Below, piece after piece: positions 26,746 to 36,497 of a stretch of 53,876 nucleotides of DNA. The notes below the pieces were generated by a model. The model searched no databases. It was not told the DNA's origin and worked only from the letters and a program-made list of their open reading frames with translations. Origin of the DNA: Actinomycetota bacterium (GTDB lineage Bacteria; Actinomycetota; Acidimicrobiia; Acidimicrobiales; Microtrichaceae); the NCBI GenBank assembly GCA_009701845.1, contig WLJI01000001.1, positions 1-53,876 on the forward strand, given 5' to 3'. Within the stretch, counting starts at the first letter, position 1. Each line of letters opens with the position of its first letter. A program made the position numbers and the translations under genes.

Positions 26746-28089
26746 CCAGGAATTCGTTGCTGAAAACTGCGGGAAGGTCGTGTTGAGTACTGAGCTACTC
26801 GCGCCAAGGCGGCGGGACAACAGTTCAGAGAGCACCGTGCGGTAGTCGGTGGTGACACGAACATCACCCTGATCGAGGCCGGCAGAGCTCAGGCCTTGGA
26901 AGTCTCCGTAGGTACCGCCGGCCACTCCCCCGCCGATCACCATCATCGGAAAGGCCCGACCGTGGTCGCATCCGCCAGATGAGTTCTCATATGCCCGCCG
27001 GCCGAACTCGCTCACCACTGCAATGGTCACCTTGGACGCTGCTGCTCCGAGGTAGTCGAAGAAAGCGCCAATGGCCGTGTCTAGTTCACTCACTTGGGTG
27101 TACATCCGAGCCGTGGTCGCAGTGGCCGAGCCCATTGCATCGTGTGTATCCCAATCGTGCATTTCTGCATGCGCGATCTCTATGGGAAACCCGGCCTGCA
27201 ACAAACGAGCTATTGGCCACAGGTTGCGTGAGATCTCGGTGTCTGGGAACGAGGCTGGCCGGTCGGTGCTCGTCAGGGACGAGACTTGCGCAATGGTTCC
27301 AAGCGTCGGTGCGGCCCAAGGAGTGAGCGCCGGGTGGACTCCAGCCCGGTTGTACAGGTCAGTGGTGCTCGTGGTGACTGTCTCGACTGATGGCCCCCAC
27401 GGCAGCAACGACAGCGACCCAAAACCCGATGCGGCCACAGCCGATCCACCCCGCAGGGAGGCGGGCAACCCACCGCCGATGGCCACGCAACGAAGCGGGT
27501 GATCTGATGCCCCCACTGTGGAACTCATCCAGCGGCCAGCCCAACCCGTTGGCGACATATTGGTGTTGCCTGCACCACCTTCAAGAAACGATTGCGCATC
27601 AAAGTGCGAGCGTGATGAGGTCATCACCCCGGCCGAGTTCACAATGGCCACACTGCCTTGGTTGTACATGCCAGACAGCCGAACTGCTGCAGGGTGAAGG
27701 GCAAAGCGTGAATCTGCATGCGTTCCCCCGAGCGCCAAAGCTGCCTGCTGGGGAACTGCGATTGATGGCCGTAGCGAGTAGTACTCAGGGGTGGCCACAG
27801 GGGCAACGAGCGAGAGCCCGTCCATTCCTCCACGACAAAAAATGACTAACAACGTATTGCCCGTGCCCGCAGCGGCAGCAGTCGCACCACCCTGCGCACT
27901 TGCTAGTTGTGTGTGCAGCAACGAGGCAGACCCGGCAGCGGCTACGGCGATTCCGGAGTTTCGAAGGAACCTGCGCCGGGTGAGTCCCGTTGGGGCGAGT
28001 TCGGCGGTGACGGGTTTGGTTGGGGCGAGATCGGTTGGGGGAAGCATCTGTTGGTTCATGGTGGTTGGGTTCATGGTGGTTTGGTTCAT
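26725..28089 (-). CDS. DUF1501 family Tat-exported protein
   Basis: TRRRFL Tat motif, RGGMDGLS, SRSHFDAQ, WDTH, SEFGRR and DHG. Confidence 0.9.
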   Translation of the reverse strand: MNQTTMNPTTMNQQMLPPTDLAPTKPVTAELAPTGLTRRRFLRNSGIAVAAAGSASLLHTQLASAQGGATAAAAGTGNTLLVIFCRGGMDGLSLVAPVATPEYYSLRPSIAVPQQAALALGGTHADSRFALHPAAVRLSGMYNQGSVAIVNSAGVMTSSRSHFDAQSFLEGGAGNTNMSPTGWAGRWMSSTVGASDHPLRCVAIGGGLPASLRGGSAVAASGFGSLSLLPWGPSVETVTTSTTDLYNRAGVHPALTPWAAPTLGTIAQVSSLTSTDRPASFPDTEISRNLWPIARLLQAGFPIEIAHAEMHDWDTHDAMGSATATTARMYTQVSELDTAIGAFFDYLGAAASKVTIAVVSEFGRRAYENSSGGCDHGRAFPMMVIGGGVAGGTYGDFQGLSSAGLDQGDVRVTTDYRTVLSELLSRRLGASSSVLNTTFPQFSATNSWLGVAAA

Positions 28090-28105
28090 GGTGGTTTGGT
28101 TCAGG
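28052..28105. repeat. 15-bp tandem repeat (~3.6 copies) spanning the DUF1800 stop and DUF1501 start
   Basis: Minus strand reads TGAaccaaaccacc-ATGAaccaaaccacc-ATGAacccaaccacc-ATGAacca. Confidence 0.9.
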
Positions 28106-29801
28106 CTGTTTGGAACTGTGGTTGTTGCATGAGTTGGCCGAGCAATTTGGGTGCGACCCAGCGGTTGCCGTTCGCTGTGATGGGCGTAGACGCAACCCTT
28201 CCAACTGAGCTGAGCATTCGAGCCTTACTAGCTGCGTCGAGCGGGATACCGAGTCGCTGTGCTGCGGCGTCAAGCCACCCGCCAACAGTTGAACTAGTCG
28301 GTGATCCGGCCGCCCAGTCGGGAATCGTGGACCAGTCTCGGACAAAGCCTGGGATGTTTCCGTTACCCATAAATGTTGCAAGGTTCCAGCGGCTAATCAT
28401 GGAGCCAACGCTCACCCAGGCGGCATCTTTATCTGGGTAGCCGTCAGGGGTGGGCCAGTGATGTGGCATTGCATTGAGCGCGGTGAGAATTCCATGGAAG
28501 TTCCATTTGGTGTCTTCGGCGGTGCTGGCGTTAAAGGGCGCATCTGAGGTGGCGCGAATCCCCGCAGCGAGCAGTTCAAGCGGACGGCGAATCCTCTTAT
28601 CGGCTGAGTCCGCAAACTCAGCCGAGGTCAGAACCGAACGAAGGGTAGGGGCGATCGCTGTGTCATTCGCCAAGTAGACATCCCGAGCGTTCAGAACAAC
28701 GGAGTCATCTCGGCCGATGTGTTCACCGATGAAGCGAATACAGAGCTTGTGGGCAATTCGCTGAGCAGTCACCCGGTGGCGAGCAAGGTGTCGAATGAAG
28801 GATTCACCGGCTGCAATCCCCGTGAGCTGCCCGCGAGTCCATCCGAGCACGCTTGTAGATGGCTGGGCGAACGGCCCAAGGGCGTGACGCGCCGGTTGAA
28901 ACGTAAAGGTTCCGTTCCAAGTGTTGGTCAAGGTCCATCCGGAGAACAGATAGGACACAGCAACGACGTCGGCTTCGCTGTAACCGCCGTCAACACCAAC
29001 GGTGTGAAGCTCCATGAGTTCTCGTGCGTAGTTCTCGTTCGGGACGCGACCGCCGTCGGCACGGCTACTCGCCTGATCTAAGTAGCTCAACATCGCACCA
29101 GACTTTGCGGATGCCATCAGCAAGTCCGAGAACTTGCCAAGTGCATTGGCTCGAATCACGTCGGTGTCGTAGCTCGGGCAGTAGTTTTGAGCGGCGTTGC
29201 TATTGACGTCCACGTTCAGGTGATCCCACCAAAACCCAACCGTGCGTTCAAAGAGTTGCCGCTCAGACACCACGGCCCGTAAAGCTGTGGAGAGCGGTAG
29301 ATCGACCACCACTCGCCACTCTTGGCCACGAGCGTTGATCTCTGCTGCAGTGCCTCGAGACCACTCGTAAAACGCTGTTGCTGCTGCTACTGAGGGATCA
29401 GGAATCGATGTGTAGTTCAGCTGTTTGTCAATCCACGCAGTGGTACCGAGACTGGAAATCTGCGCAACGACGCTAGGAGTGGGGCCAAACGTCAGCCGTT
29501 TTGCAACGTGCCACACTGCAGGCGTTGCCCAAGTTTTAGGCCAAGCGGGAAGCGCCGCACCTAAGGCAGGCGGAACGGCAGTGGTTGGAGCAGCAGTCGT
29601 TGGAACGGCAGTCGTTGGAGCGGCAGTGGTTGGCCCAGTTCGCACTCTTGCCGGGCGGGTACTCTCGGCACCGGCCTCGGCTGGCGCTGACGGGGCACAA
29701 GCGCTGACAAGTACTGCTGCACCGGCTGCTAGCCCCCCGAGCAGAGCACCGCGACGAGTTGGTGTGGCTTCTAAAGCTTCATCTACTTCGACTCTTGACA
29801 C
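28101..29801 (-). CDS. DUF1800 family Tat lipoprotein
   Basis: TRRGALL plus a VSAC lipobox, a (PTTAA/V)x4 linker, RLTFGP, FWWDHLN, AMLSYLD and PNENYARELMELHTVG. Confidence 0.9.
   Translation of the reverse strand: MSRVEVDEALEATPTRRGALLGGLAAGAAVLVSACAPSAPAEAGAESTRPARVRTGPTTAAPTTAVPTTAAPTTAVPPALGAALPAWPKTWATPAVWHVAKRLTFGPTPSVVAQISSLGTTAWIDKQLNYTSIPDPSVAAATAFYEWSRGTAAEINARGQEWRVVVDLPLSTALRAVVSERQLFERTVGFWWDHLNVDVNSNAAQNYCPSYDTDVIRANALGKFSDLLMASAKSGAMLSYLDQASSRADGGRVPNENYARELMELHTVGVDGGYSEADVVAVSYLFSGWTLTNTWNGTFTFQPARHALGPFAQPSTSVLGWTRGQLTGIAAGESFIRHLARHRVTAQRIAHKLCIRFIGEHIGRDDSVVLNARDVYLANDTAIAPTLRSVLTSAEFADSADKRIRRPLELLAAGIRATSDAPFNASTAEDTKWNFHGILTALNAMPHHWPTPDGYPDKDAAWVSVGSMISRWNLATFMGNGNIPGFVRDWSTIPDWAAGSPTSSTVGGWLDAAAQRLGIPLDAASKARMLSSVGRVASTPITANGNRWVAPKLLGQLMQQPQFQTA
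29572..29634. repeat. 15-bp tandem repeat x4 encoding the Pro/Thr linker PTTAA/PTTAV
   Basis: ggaacggcagtggtt / ggagcagcagtcgtt / ggaacggcagtcgtt / ggagcggcagtggtt. Confidence 0.85.
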
Positions 29802-29845
29802 TCAAAGGGTTTCGACGCTTTATAGAAACGCCTTGAGTAATCCAA

Positions 29846-29891
29846 AGTGAATTATAGATTTCACTCCTTCGAGATTGACGCTACTGTCAAT
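29846..29891. promoter_or_regulatory. Two perfect dyads in the divergent promoter region: AGTGAA-n8-TTCACT and ATTGAC-n6-GTCAAT
   Basis: Located at 29846-29865 and 29874-29891 in an AT-rich divergent intergenic region. Confidence 0.45.
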
Positions 29892-29916
29892 AAACCAGCT
29901 TGGGAGGGCGTTGAAA

Positions 29917-31722
29917 ATGCGAGCATTCGGCTACAAATCTTTGGTTGTCTTTGGAGTGCTCGGCTTCCTTGGAGGGATTCTTGGAGCATGCGCACCGACT
30001 GCAAACCTTGAGTCTCCAACGAACTCACCGAATCTGCCTCTGAACGATTCGGTAGCAAGTTTTCCTACCGAGCTCAGCCCGAAGATTGTGAACGGGGGCT
30101 TTGGGTCAATCAGCGAATTCCCCTTCCTCGTGGGGCTCATCAACCTCAATGCTCCTAATCCCTACGAGGGCCAGTTTTGCGGCGGGTCACGGGTCAGCCA
30201 AACCAAAATCATCACTGCAGCGCATTGTGTGGTGAGCAATGGATTCGTTACCGACCCCTCGGTTTTAGGTGCCCTCTACGGAACTAATGATCTGCTAGCC
30301 GGTGGCACTCTTGTTCGGGTCACGCAAGTGGCCGTGCACCCCTTGTACAACGACTCCTCTTTAGGGAACGACGTAGCAGTACTGACGGTAACGGCCCCGA
30401 ACTCACCCGTCCCGGTTATTGAGACAATCACTTCGGCAGCTGAAAACACCACGTCTCCTGGGCGAGTTGCGAAGCTCGCTGGATGGGGCTGCACCCAAGT
30501 GTTCCCCGCCATCTACGGAGACTGTGGTGAGTACCCCGAGACCCTGAGAAGAACAGATCTCCCCATGCAAAGTCCGGCTCTTTGTGCAAACGAAATTTCT
30601 GGTTTCAACGCCGCTTTGATGATTTGCGCTGGATCTGTTTCTGGCTACGGTGACGCGCCTGACGCCTGCTACGGAGATAGCGGTGGCCCGTTGGTAGCGG
30701 CTGGGGCGCAGGGTCCGCTGCTGGCGGGAGTCGTTTCATTTGGGCCTGGATGCGGAGGTTCGCCCACTGCCTATACGCGCCTTGCAGCACAGAGCACATG
30801 GTTGCAATCTCAAGGAGTCCCACTCCGAGCGGCCCCGTTCACCCCGGCGGCGCTACAGCCGCAGGTCTCGGGCTCTTACCTTCCCCTCGCAGGAGACTTC
30901 AACGGCAACGGCTATGCCGACTGCTACTGGTACGCACCGGGTGCAGCAGTGGAATACCTCTGGACTGACTCAAGATCGGGCTTGGTCCCGGGCGCAGCCT
31001 CCCGACAAGTCTCAGGGAGCTATCTTCCCGTTGTTGGCAACTTCGATGGTGACGCAGATGACGACATTTTTTGGTACGCACCTGGCGGAGCGCCCGAGGG
31101 GCTCTATCGTGCCGACCGAGGAGTATTCAGTAACGAAACCGCTCCGTCCGTCAATGGCACCTACGCCCCACTCTCTGGCGACTTCGACGGAAACGGCACG
31201 GACGACATTTTCTGGTACGCACCCGGCCCAGCAGGCGACTTCCTCTGGCTGGGCCTTACCAATGGCGGCTACTCCCCCGTTCCGGTCACCCAAGTCAACG
31301 GCAGCTATCAGCCAGCCGTAGGCGACTTCGACGGCAACAGCACGGATGACATTTTCTGGTACGCACCCGGCAGCGGAACCGAGTACATCTGGCGTGGAAC
31401 CGTCCCAGCGTTTGCCGGCGCTGCAGTACTCACTGCAGTAGTCGGTCCCTCTCCGCTGCAACTCAATGGTGTGTACCGCCTTTTGTCTGGTGACTACGAC
31501 GGCGACAACAAGAGTGACCTGCTTGGCTACGGAATCGGCACCGCCAACGACCTGATGTGGCGAGGCTCGAGTAGCGGATTCAATAGGGCGACTGATGTGG
31601 CGGTCAACGGCTCGTATCAAACGGCAACCGGCGACATGAACCGAGATGGCCGTGACGATGTTCTCTGGCATGGCCCGGCAGCCGCGTATGACGGCTGGTG
31701 GTCAGGAATCAACGTCGGTTGA
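29917..31722 (+). CDS. Lipoprotein: S1 trypsin-like serine protease with six C-terminal FG-GAP/VCBS repeats
   Basis: LGAC lipobox, K-IVNG activation site, triad TAAHC / NDVAVL / GDSGGP, and repeats V(S/N)GxYxPxxGDFDGxxxDDIFWYAPG. Confidence 0.92.
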   Translation: MRAFGYKSLVVFGVLGFLGGILGACAPTANLESPTNSPNLPLNDSVASFPTELSPKIVNGGFGSISEFPFLVGLINLNAPNPYEGQFCGGSRVSQTKIITAAHCVVSNGFVTDPSVLGALYGTNDLLAGGTLVRVTQVAVHPLYNDSSLGNDVAVLTVTAPNSPVPVIETITSAAENTTSPGRVAKLAGWGCTQVFPAIYGDCGEYPETLRRTDLPMQSPALCANEISGFNAALMICAGSVSGYGDAPDACYGDSGGPLVAAGAQGPLLAGVVSFGPGCGGSPTAYTRLAAQSTWLQSQGVPLRAAPFTPAALQPQVSGSYLPLAGDFNGNGYADCYWYAPGAAVEYLWTDSRSGLVPGAASRQVSGSYLPVVGNFDGDADDDIFWYAPGGAPEGLYRADRGVFSNETAPSVNGTYAPLSGDFDGNGTDDIFWYAPGPAGDFLWLGLTNGGYSPVPVTQVNGSYQPAVGDFDGNSTDDIFWYAPGSGTEYIWRGTVPAFAGAAVLTAVVGPSPLQLNGVYRLLSGDYDGDNKSDLLGYGIGTANDLMWRGSSSGFNRATDVAVNGSYQTATGDMNRDGRDDVLWHGPAAAYDGWWSGINVG

Positions 31723-33411
31723 GTCAACAAGCTCAAGATTCTGAGCTTGAACCCCTGCAATCAAGCGCCGTTCCTCGTCAATATTCGGATACTTCCACCA
31801 GACGAGAATCAAGCCGACCAGCACCGAGAACAGCGCGCAGGTAATCGCAGCTGACTTCCCTTGGGTGAACGCCGCGTTTGCAGCTTCAATAAGTTGAGTG
31901 GCATCAGCAGAGGGCATGGTTTTAGCCACAGACTCGGCACCCTCATATGAGGAGCCGATCAGTAGCGCAGCCCGATTCCCGAGGGCCTGTGCCTCTGTAG
32001 CGGGAAGCGCCGCGAAGGCTGCGCTGAAGTACTTGCTATAGGTAATGGCCAGCAGGCTTCCGAGCAGTGCTTGGAACACCGCTCCTCCTAGATCTTTGGT
32101 CAGGTCAAGGGAGGCGGAACTCATGCCCGCCTTCGTTGCCCTCAGCGATGCGCTCAGTGATCGAGAGGCTGCAGTCGATGCCCCGCCGATACCGATACCG
32201 ACTAAGACGTAAACAACCACCACCCAGATCAACGATGTTCCGGTCCGCCAAACGAACAGCATCACTACAAAGCCCACAGCAATAGTGAGTAACCCGAGCG
32301 CAAAAGTCAGACGGGTCCCCCTGCTCTCGATGAGCCGCCCCGCTAGCACCGAAGAGGGCAACAGCCCGGCAGCAAGTCCTAAGGTCAGAAGCACCGAGAA
32401 CAAAGGCGTCTGACCAAGCACATTCTGGGTGAATTGCTGCCCGATGAACATTGCCCCGACCAAAGCGCCAAATGAGATGAGTCCAGCCACAAAGGCCACC
32501 CAGAAGGTTGGGATTGAGGCTGCAGAGAAATCAAACAGCGGATTGCTTGACCGGTGTTCCTGAATCCAAAAAATCACGCCCGAGCCGACCGAAACCAAAA
32601 AGAGCACAGCTACCACCGGAGTCAAGCCCTGGGGAAGCAAGACCAGTGCAATGACAAATGATCCAATCATCACCACCGACAGGCTGCCTCCTCGGTGATC
32701 AACGGGGTCCTTTGTCTCTGCGGCGTGACGGGGCAAAATAACTAGGCCCAGCACAAAAACAACTGCGGCGAATGGCACCGTGATGAGAAAGACCGAGCCC
32801 CACCACACTCGCCCCAAGAGCCAGCCGCCCACAATCGGGCCGAGCACCGATGCTGCCAAGCCCACTCCGGCCCAGAGCGCAATGGCGCGAGTCATCCTTG
32901 CCCCAGTCCACAGAGATGCGATGAGTGCGAGCGTCGTTGGAAAGAGCATCGCCCCCGAGATCCCCACTCCAACTTGAGCTGCGATCAACATATTTGCCGA
33001 GGTCGAGAAAGCCGATAGAAACGACAGTGGCACGCACAAGAACGCACCCATCACAAAGAGCTTGCGGCGACCGTAGCGGCCACCGATCGCTCCTAGGTAC
33101 AGAACGGTTGCAGCGATTCCAAACTGATAGGCGTCAGTAATCGCAGTGAGTTGCGTGTCACTGGCCTGCAGGGCTCTGCCAATTGAGGGCAACGCCACAT
33201 TCGAAATTGACGTATTGATGTTGGCCACGATCGCGCCCAAGATCACCGTGAGCAGAATGAGTCCAGCCTGAGCTGGCTGCGATCCAAGGGGTCCGGCTGA
33301 ATCCGCAGTGTCTCTCGAAAGAGCAGCATCTCTAGAAACAGCAGCATCTCTAGATTGACTTGAGGCCTCGGTCACTCCCACAACCCTACTGAGTGAGAGC
33401 CGCAAAGACAT
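31702..33411 (-). CDS. MFS transporter (DHA2, 14-TMS drug:H+ antiporter-like)
   Basis: NVALPSI, GGRYGRRK and GPIVGGWLL...WWGSVF motifs. Start is uncertain; 18-bp repeats (SRDAAV/SRDAAL/SRDTAD) at the N-terminus. Confidence 0.9.
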   Translation of the reverse strand: MSLRLSLSRVVGVTEASSQSRDAAVSRDAALSRDTADSAGPLGSQPAQAGLILLTVILGAIVANINTSISNVALPSIGRALQASDTQLTAITDAYQFGIAATVLYLGAIGGRYGRRKLFVMGAFLCVPLSFLSAFSTSANMLIAAQVGVGISGAMLFPTTLALIASLWTGARMTRAIALWAGVGLAASVLGPIVGGWLLGRVWWGSVFLITVPFAAVVFVLGLVILPRHAAETKDPVDHRGGSLSVVMIGSFVIALVLLPQGLTPVVAVLFLVSVGSGVIFWIQEHRSSNPLFDFSAASIPTFWVAFVAGLISFGALVGAMFIGQQFTQNVLGQTPLFSVLLTLGLAAGLLPSSVLAGRLIESRGTRLTFALGLLTIAVGFVVMLFVWRTGTSLIWVVVVYVLVGIGIGGASTAASRSLSASLRATKAGMSSASLDLTKDLGGAVFQALLGSLLAITYSKYFSAAFAALPATEAQALGNRAALLIGSSYEGAESVAKTMPSADATQLIEAANAAFTQGKSAAITCALFSVLVGLILVWWKYPNIDEERRLIAGVQAQNLELVDSTDVDS

Positions 33412-33505
33412 CTGCCGAGTCGTACAAGGTACCGTCCGAGATCGCCGTCTGTTGCACAGGAAAATGTCTTGGCATAAATATTTTTCACTCTATTGTTGGT
33501 CGCTC

Positions 33506-36415
33506 ATGGCACCTTCGCTTTCGCCAAACCAGCTGCTCATCGATCGGCCCCGACTTACGTCACTCCCCACCGGCATCCGGTGCTTTTTCTTTAGCGCACC
33601 TTCGGGATTCGGAAAGTCCGTAGCCGCAGCACAGCTTTCAGCGCGGCTCGCAGCGCAGCTCGCAGCACAAGCGAGTCAACCCAGTGACACACTGAGCTAT
33701 TGCAGGCTCACCGATGAAGATGCAGCCGACAACGGCGCTGGCAAGATTCTGGGAGCGCTCACCAAGACCTTTCCGCACCTTGGCCAGCAACAGCCTGTGA
33801 TCGACAGCAGCAGTTCCGCGCGGCTGATGTACTGCGTTCAAGAGCTCGCTGGTCAGGCGATTCTCATGATCGATGACCTTCACCTGCTGAACGACCCTGA
33901 ACAACAAGTGCTGCAGGGGCTGCTCGACGCGGCACCAGATGGGCTTTGCATCATCGGCACCTCTAGGGATGAGCCGGGCAAGGACATCACTGCTCGGAAC
34001 CTAGCTGGGGATGTTTCAATCTGCGCTGCGGAAGAGCTACTCATGACCGAGTCGGAGTGCGCAGAGCTTGCAGCGATGCACACATCAACCCTGACCGGTA
34101 GTGAGATTTTTCAAGAATCAGCTGGCTGGCCACTAGCTGCGGCCTTTCTCGCTCAAGATGGCTCGTTTGCCGAGTCAGACCTAGTTGCAGAGTCGCTCAA
34201 CGAACTGAGCGCCGATGCACAGGCAGACCTGCAAACCCTCGCCCTGCTGAGCTCAATTAGTCCCACACTGCTGGATGAAGCTCCGACGGGACGTGAGCTT
34301 GTTCGCTTCACCCGACGCCACCCGGAACTGATCGATACAGACCCCGAGCGATGGCGGGTTCGCGAGTTCCTCCGATCGGAACTTCTGGTTCAAGCATCCG
34401 ATCGGGAGTCAATCGCTCAGTGGGCAGACAGGTTCGACCGTCTTGGAGCTACAGACTCTTCGCTCATTCTGCTCTCACGAGTTCCTGGCAATCGAGAACT
34501 CTTGCAGGATCGCCTAGAAATTGTTGGCTCCAGACTTCTTGACCAGGGTCGTTATCGGTTTCTCCGCATGCTCGTCTCGCAGATACCAGTCAGGGACCGC
34601 AGGACGGCCATCAGCATCTTGGATCTGTCATCCGGGTTTTGGCTAGACCAAATCGAACAGGTCTCTGTTGGGATGCCACATGTGGAAGAGAGCAGCCTGA
34701 CGGTGCTCGCCAACACCGTCGGCATCACCACCGACGACTCGCTTGCGCTAGCTGGTTTACAAACAGAGTTCTACCGCCGACGCGGAGACCCATCACTTTT
34801 ACATGTTGCCCTGAACGCACTGTCTCTAGTTGGCCCGGTTGACCACTCGGCAGATCCGATTGGCCTGTGTGGCGGGCTCAGTCAGCCTGCCCAACGCGGT
34901 CTTGGACAGGTTCTGTTTGGGCTTGCCGTGGCAGAACTCTTCTCGGGTGAACCAGAGACGGTCCGAGATGGTCGTCGCCTACAAGAACTCTCGTTCAAGA
35001 TTGCTGAGCGGGCCGGTGCCGACACCGCAGCGTTACGAGCTCAATCTGCCTATGAGCGCGTGGGCATGGGACTTGACCAAGCCAGCACCGCAGTCGCTCC
35101 GCTCGAGGCTGGCATTGTTTCGCTTGCAGCGATGGGGCATCCAGATGTGGCAACGCTACAGATTGAGCTTGCAGATATTTTAGGCCGCCTTCAAAACCCT
35201 GAGACCGCCGAGGGCCTTGTGGAAGGAGCTACCGAGTGGGCCGAAAAGACCGGCAACACAGCAGTGCTTCCTAGCATCGCCCTGGTGCGCGCAACGACTG
35301 CTTTGATTAAATCTGGCCCCTCACAGGACAACGATCAAGACCTTGAGTCGGCATGGAAGCTCATGGCAACAGCCCCGCGCCTGCGGCGAGCGCTCCCTGG
35401 TTTTGCAGCGCGTATCTCAAATCGGATGATGGACTTTCGCGACTGCGACCGTGCCTCGGCCTGGCTAGATCGTGCGGGGGCGCTAGCTAGCGGCCACCTT
35501 CAGTCCAGCTATAGCTCCGACTATTTGGCGGCGAGCAAGTTCCGACTCAGATCCATGATCGCAGCAGTCACACTGCCGCCTGACGCAGCTCAACTCACAT
35601 GGTTTCAATGCCAGCCAGCGGGGCTATTGGAGTTCGACGCCAGCGTTGCTTGGGATTTGCTACCCCATGACGGCGGAGAGTCAGCGAAGCGACTACTCGA
35701 AACGAGTCGCGATCAGCTAGATCCGCTTTGGCTGCCACGCCTAGAGGGCAACAAACAGCCCGCCGTCGATTCTGCCAACCTATCGGTCAGCTTGCTGTGC
35801 CCTGTGCTCAAACTGCAACGAGGCGCTGAGTCACTCCCCGCGCCGACCGGACACGCTGCTCGCCTTTTGGCCTTGCTAGTTGTATCCAACGGCTCGCTGA
35901 CCATGGATGCAGTACTTGACGACTTGTGGCCAGAGGTTGAAACCGAAGTTGCGCGTAACCGATTGCATCAAGTCATCCTGAGGCTGAGACGAGCTCTCAG
36001 CGGATCGGGCAGCAGTCTCGTGTCGGCCACCGAGGGCGTGCTCCTACTTGACAAGGATCGCCTGGAGTCAGATCTGTGGGCCCTTCGACAAGGCACTGAC
36101 GCACCTACTGATGAGGCAATCTTAATGATCACGAGATACGAGTCCGACCTGTGTGCGGCTCAGTTTGCCTACGACGCTGCTTTTGAAGATGCCCGGTGGG
36201 AACTTCGCTCACAACTCACGCGGATCGCCAAACGGCATCTTGATCACGAGGGCACCCAGAACCCTAGGCTCCTCCAAGCGTGCACCGATGCATGGGCGCG
36301 GCTCGACTTTGCAGATGAGATTGGCTACGCGGTTGCAGACGTGCTGGACCGATCAGGAGACTCTAGGGATGCCGACGTCATCAGAGAGCAGATCGCTCTG
36401 CGGCTGGCTCGCTAA
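33506..36415 (+). CDS. Large MalT-like STAND ATPase regulator with a C-terminal SARP-type wHTH/BTAD region
   Basis: IDRPRL, Walker A APSGFGKS, Walker B MIDDLH, and AGWPLA. C-terminal LLALLVV...DDLWPE...RLHQVILRLRRAL. Confidence 0.8.
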   Translation: MAPSLSPNQLLIDRPRLTSLPTGIRCFFFSAPSGFGKSVAAAQLSARLAAQLAAQASQPSDTLSYCRLTDEDAADNGAGKILGALTKTFPHLGQQQPVIDSSSSARLMYCVQELAGQAILMIDDLHLLNDPEQQVLQGLLDAAPDGLCIIGTSRDEPGKDITARNLAGDVSICAAEELLMTESECAELAAMHTSTLTGSEIFQESAGWPLAAAFLAQDGSFAESDLVAESLNELSADAQADLQTLALLSSISPTLLDEAPTGRELVRFTRRHPELIDTDPERWRVREFLRSELLVQASDRESIAQWADRFDRLGATDSSLILLSRVPGNRELLQDRLEIVGSRLLDQGRYRFLRMLVSQIPVRDRRTAISILDLSSGFWLDQIEQVSVGMPHVEESSLTVLANTVGITTDDSLALAGLQTEFYRRRGDPSLLHVALNALSLVGPVDHSADPIGLCGGLSQPAQRGLGQVLFGLAVAELFSGEPETVRDGRRLQELSFKIAERAGADTAALRAQSAYERVGMGLDQASTAVAPLEAGIVSLAAMGHPDVATLQIELADILGRLQNPETAEGLVEGATEWAEKTGNTAVLPSIALVRATTALIKSGPSQDNDQDLESAWKLMATAPRLRRALPGFAARISNRMMDFRDCDRASAWLDRAGALASGHLQSSYSSDYLAASKFRLRSMIAAVTLPPDAAQLTWFQCQPAGLLEFDASVAWDLLPHDGGESAKRLLETSRDQLDPLWLPRLEGNKQPAVDSANLSVSLLCPVLKLQRGAESLPAPTGHAARLLALLVVSNGSLTMDAVLDDLWPEVETEVARNRLHQVILRLRRALSGSGSSLVSATEGVLLLDKDRLESDLWALRQGTDAPTDEAILMITRYESDLCAAQFAYDAAFEDARWELRSQLTRIAKRHLDHEGTQNPRLLQACTDAWARLDFADEIGYAVADVLDRSGDSRDADVIREQIALRLAR

Positions 36416-36497
36416 CGACTCATGCCTGAAGCTTGACCCGTGACCCGCGAGCTCCGAGCTGCGACCTGTGACGACCAGGCAGAGCAGATGAAAAATC

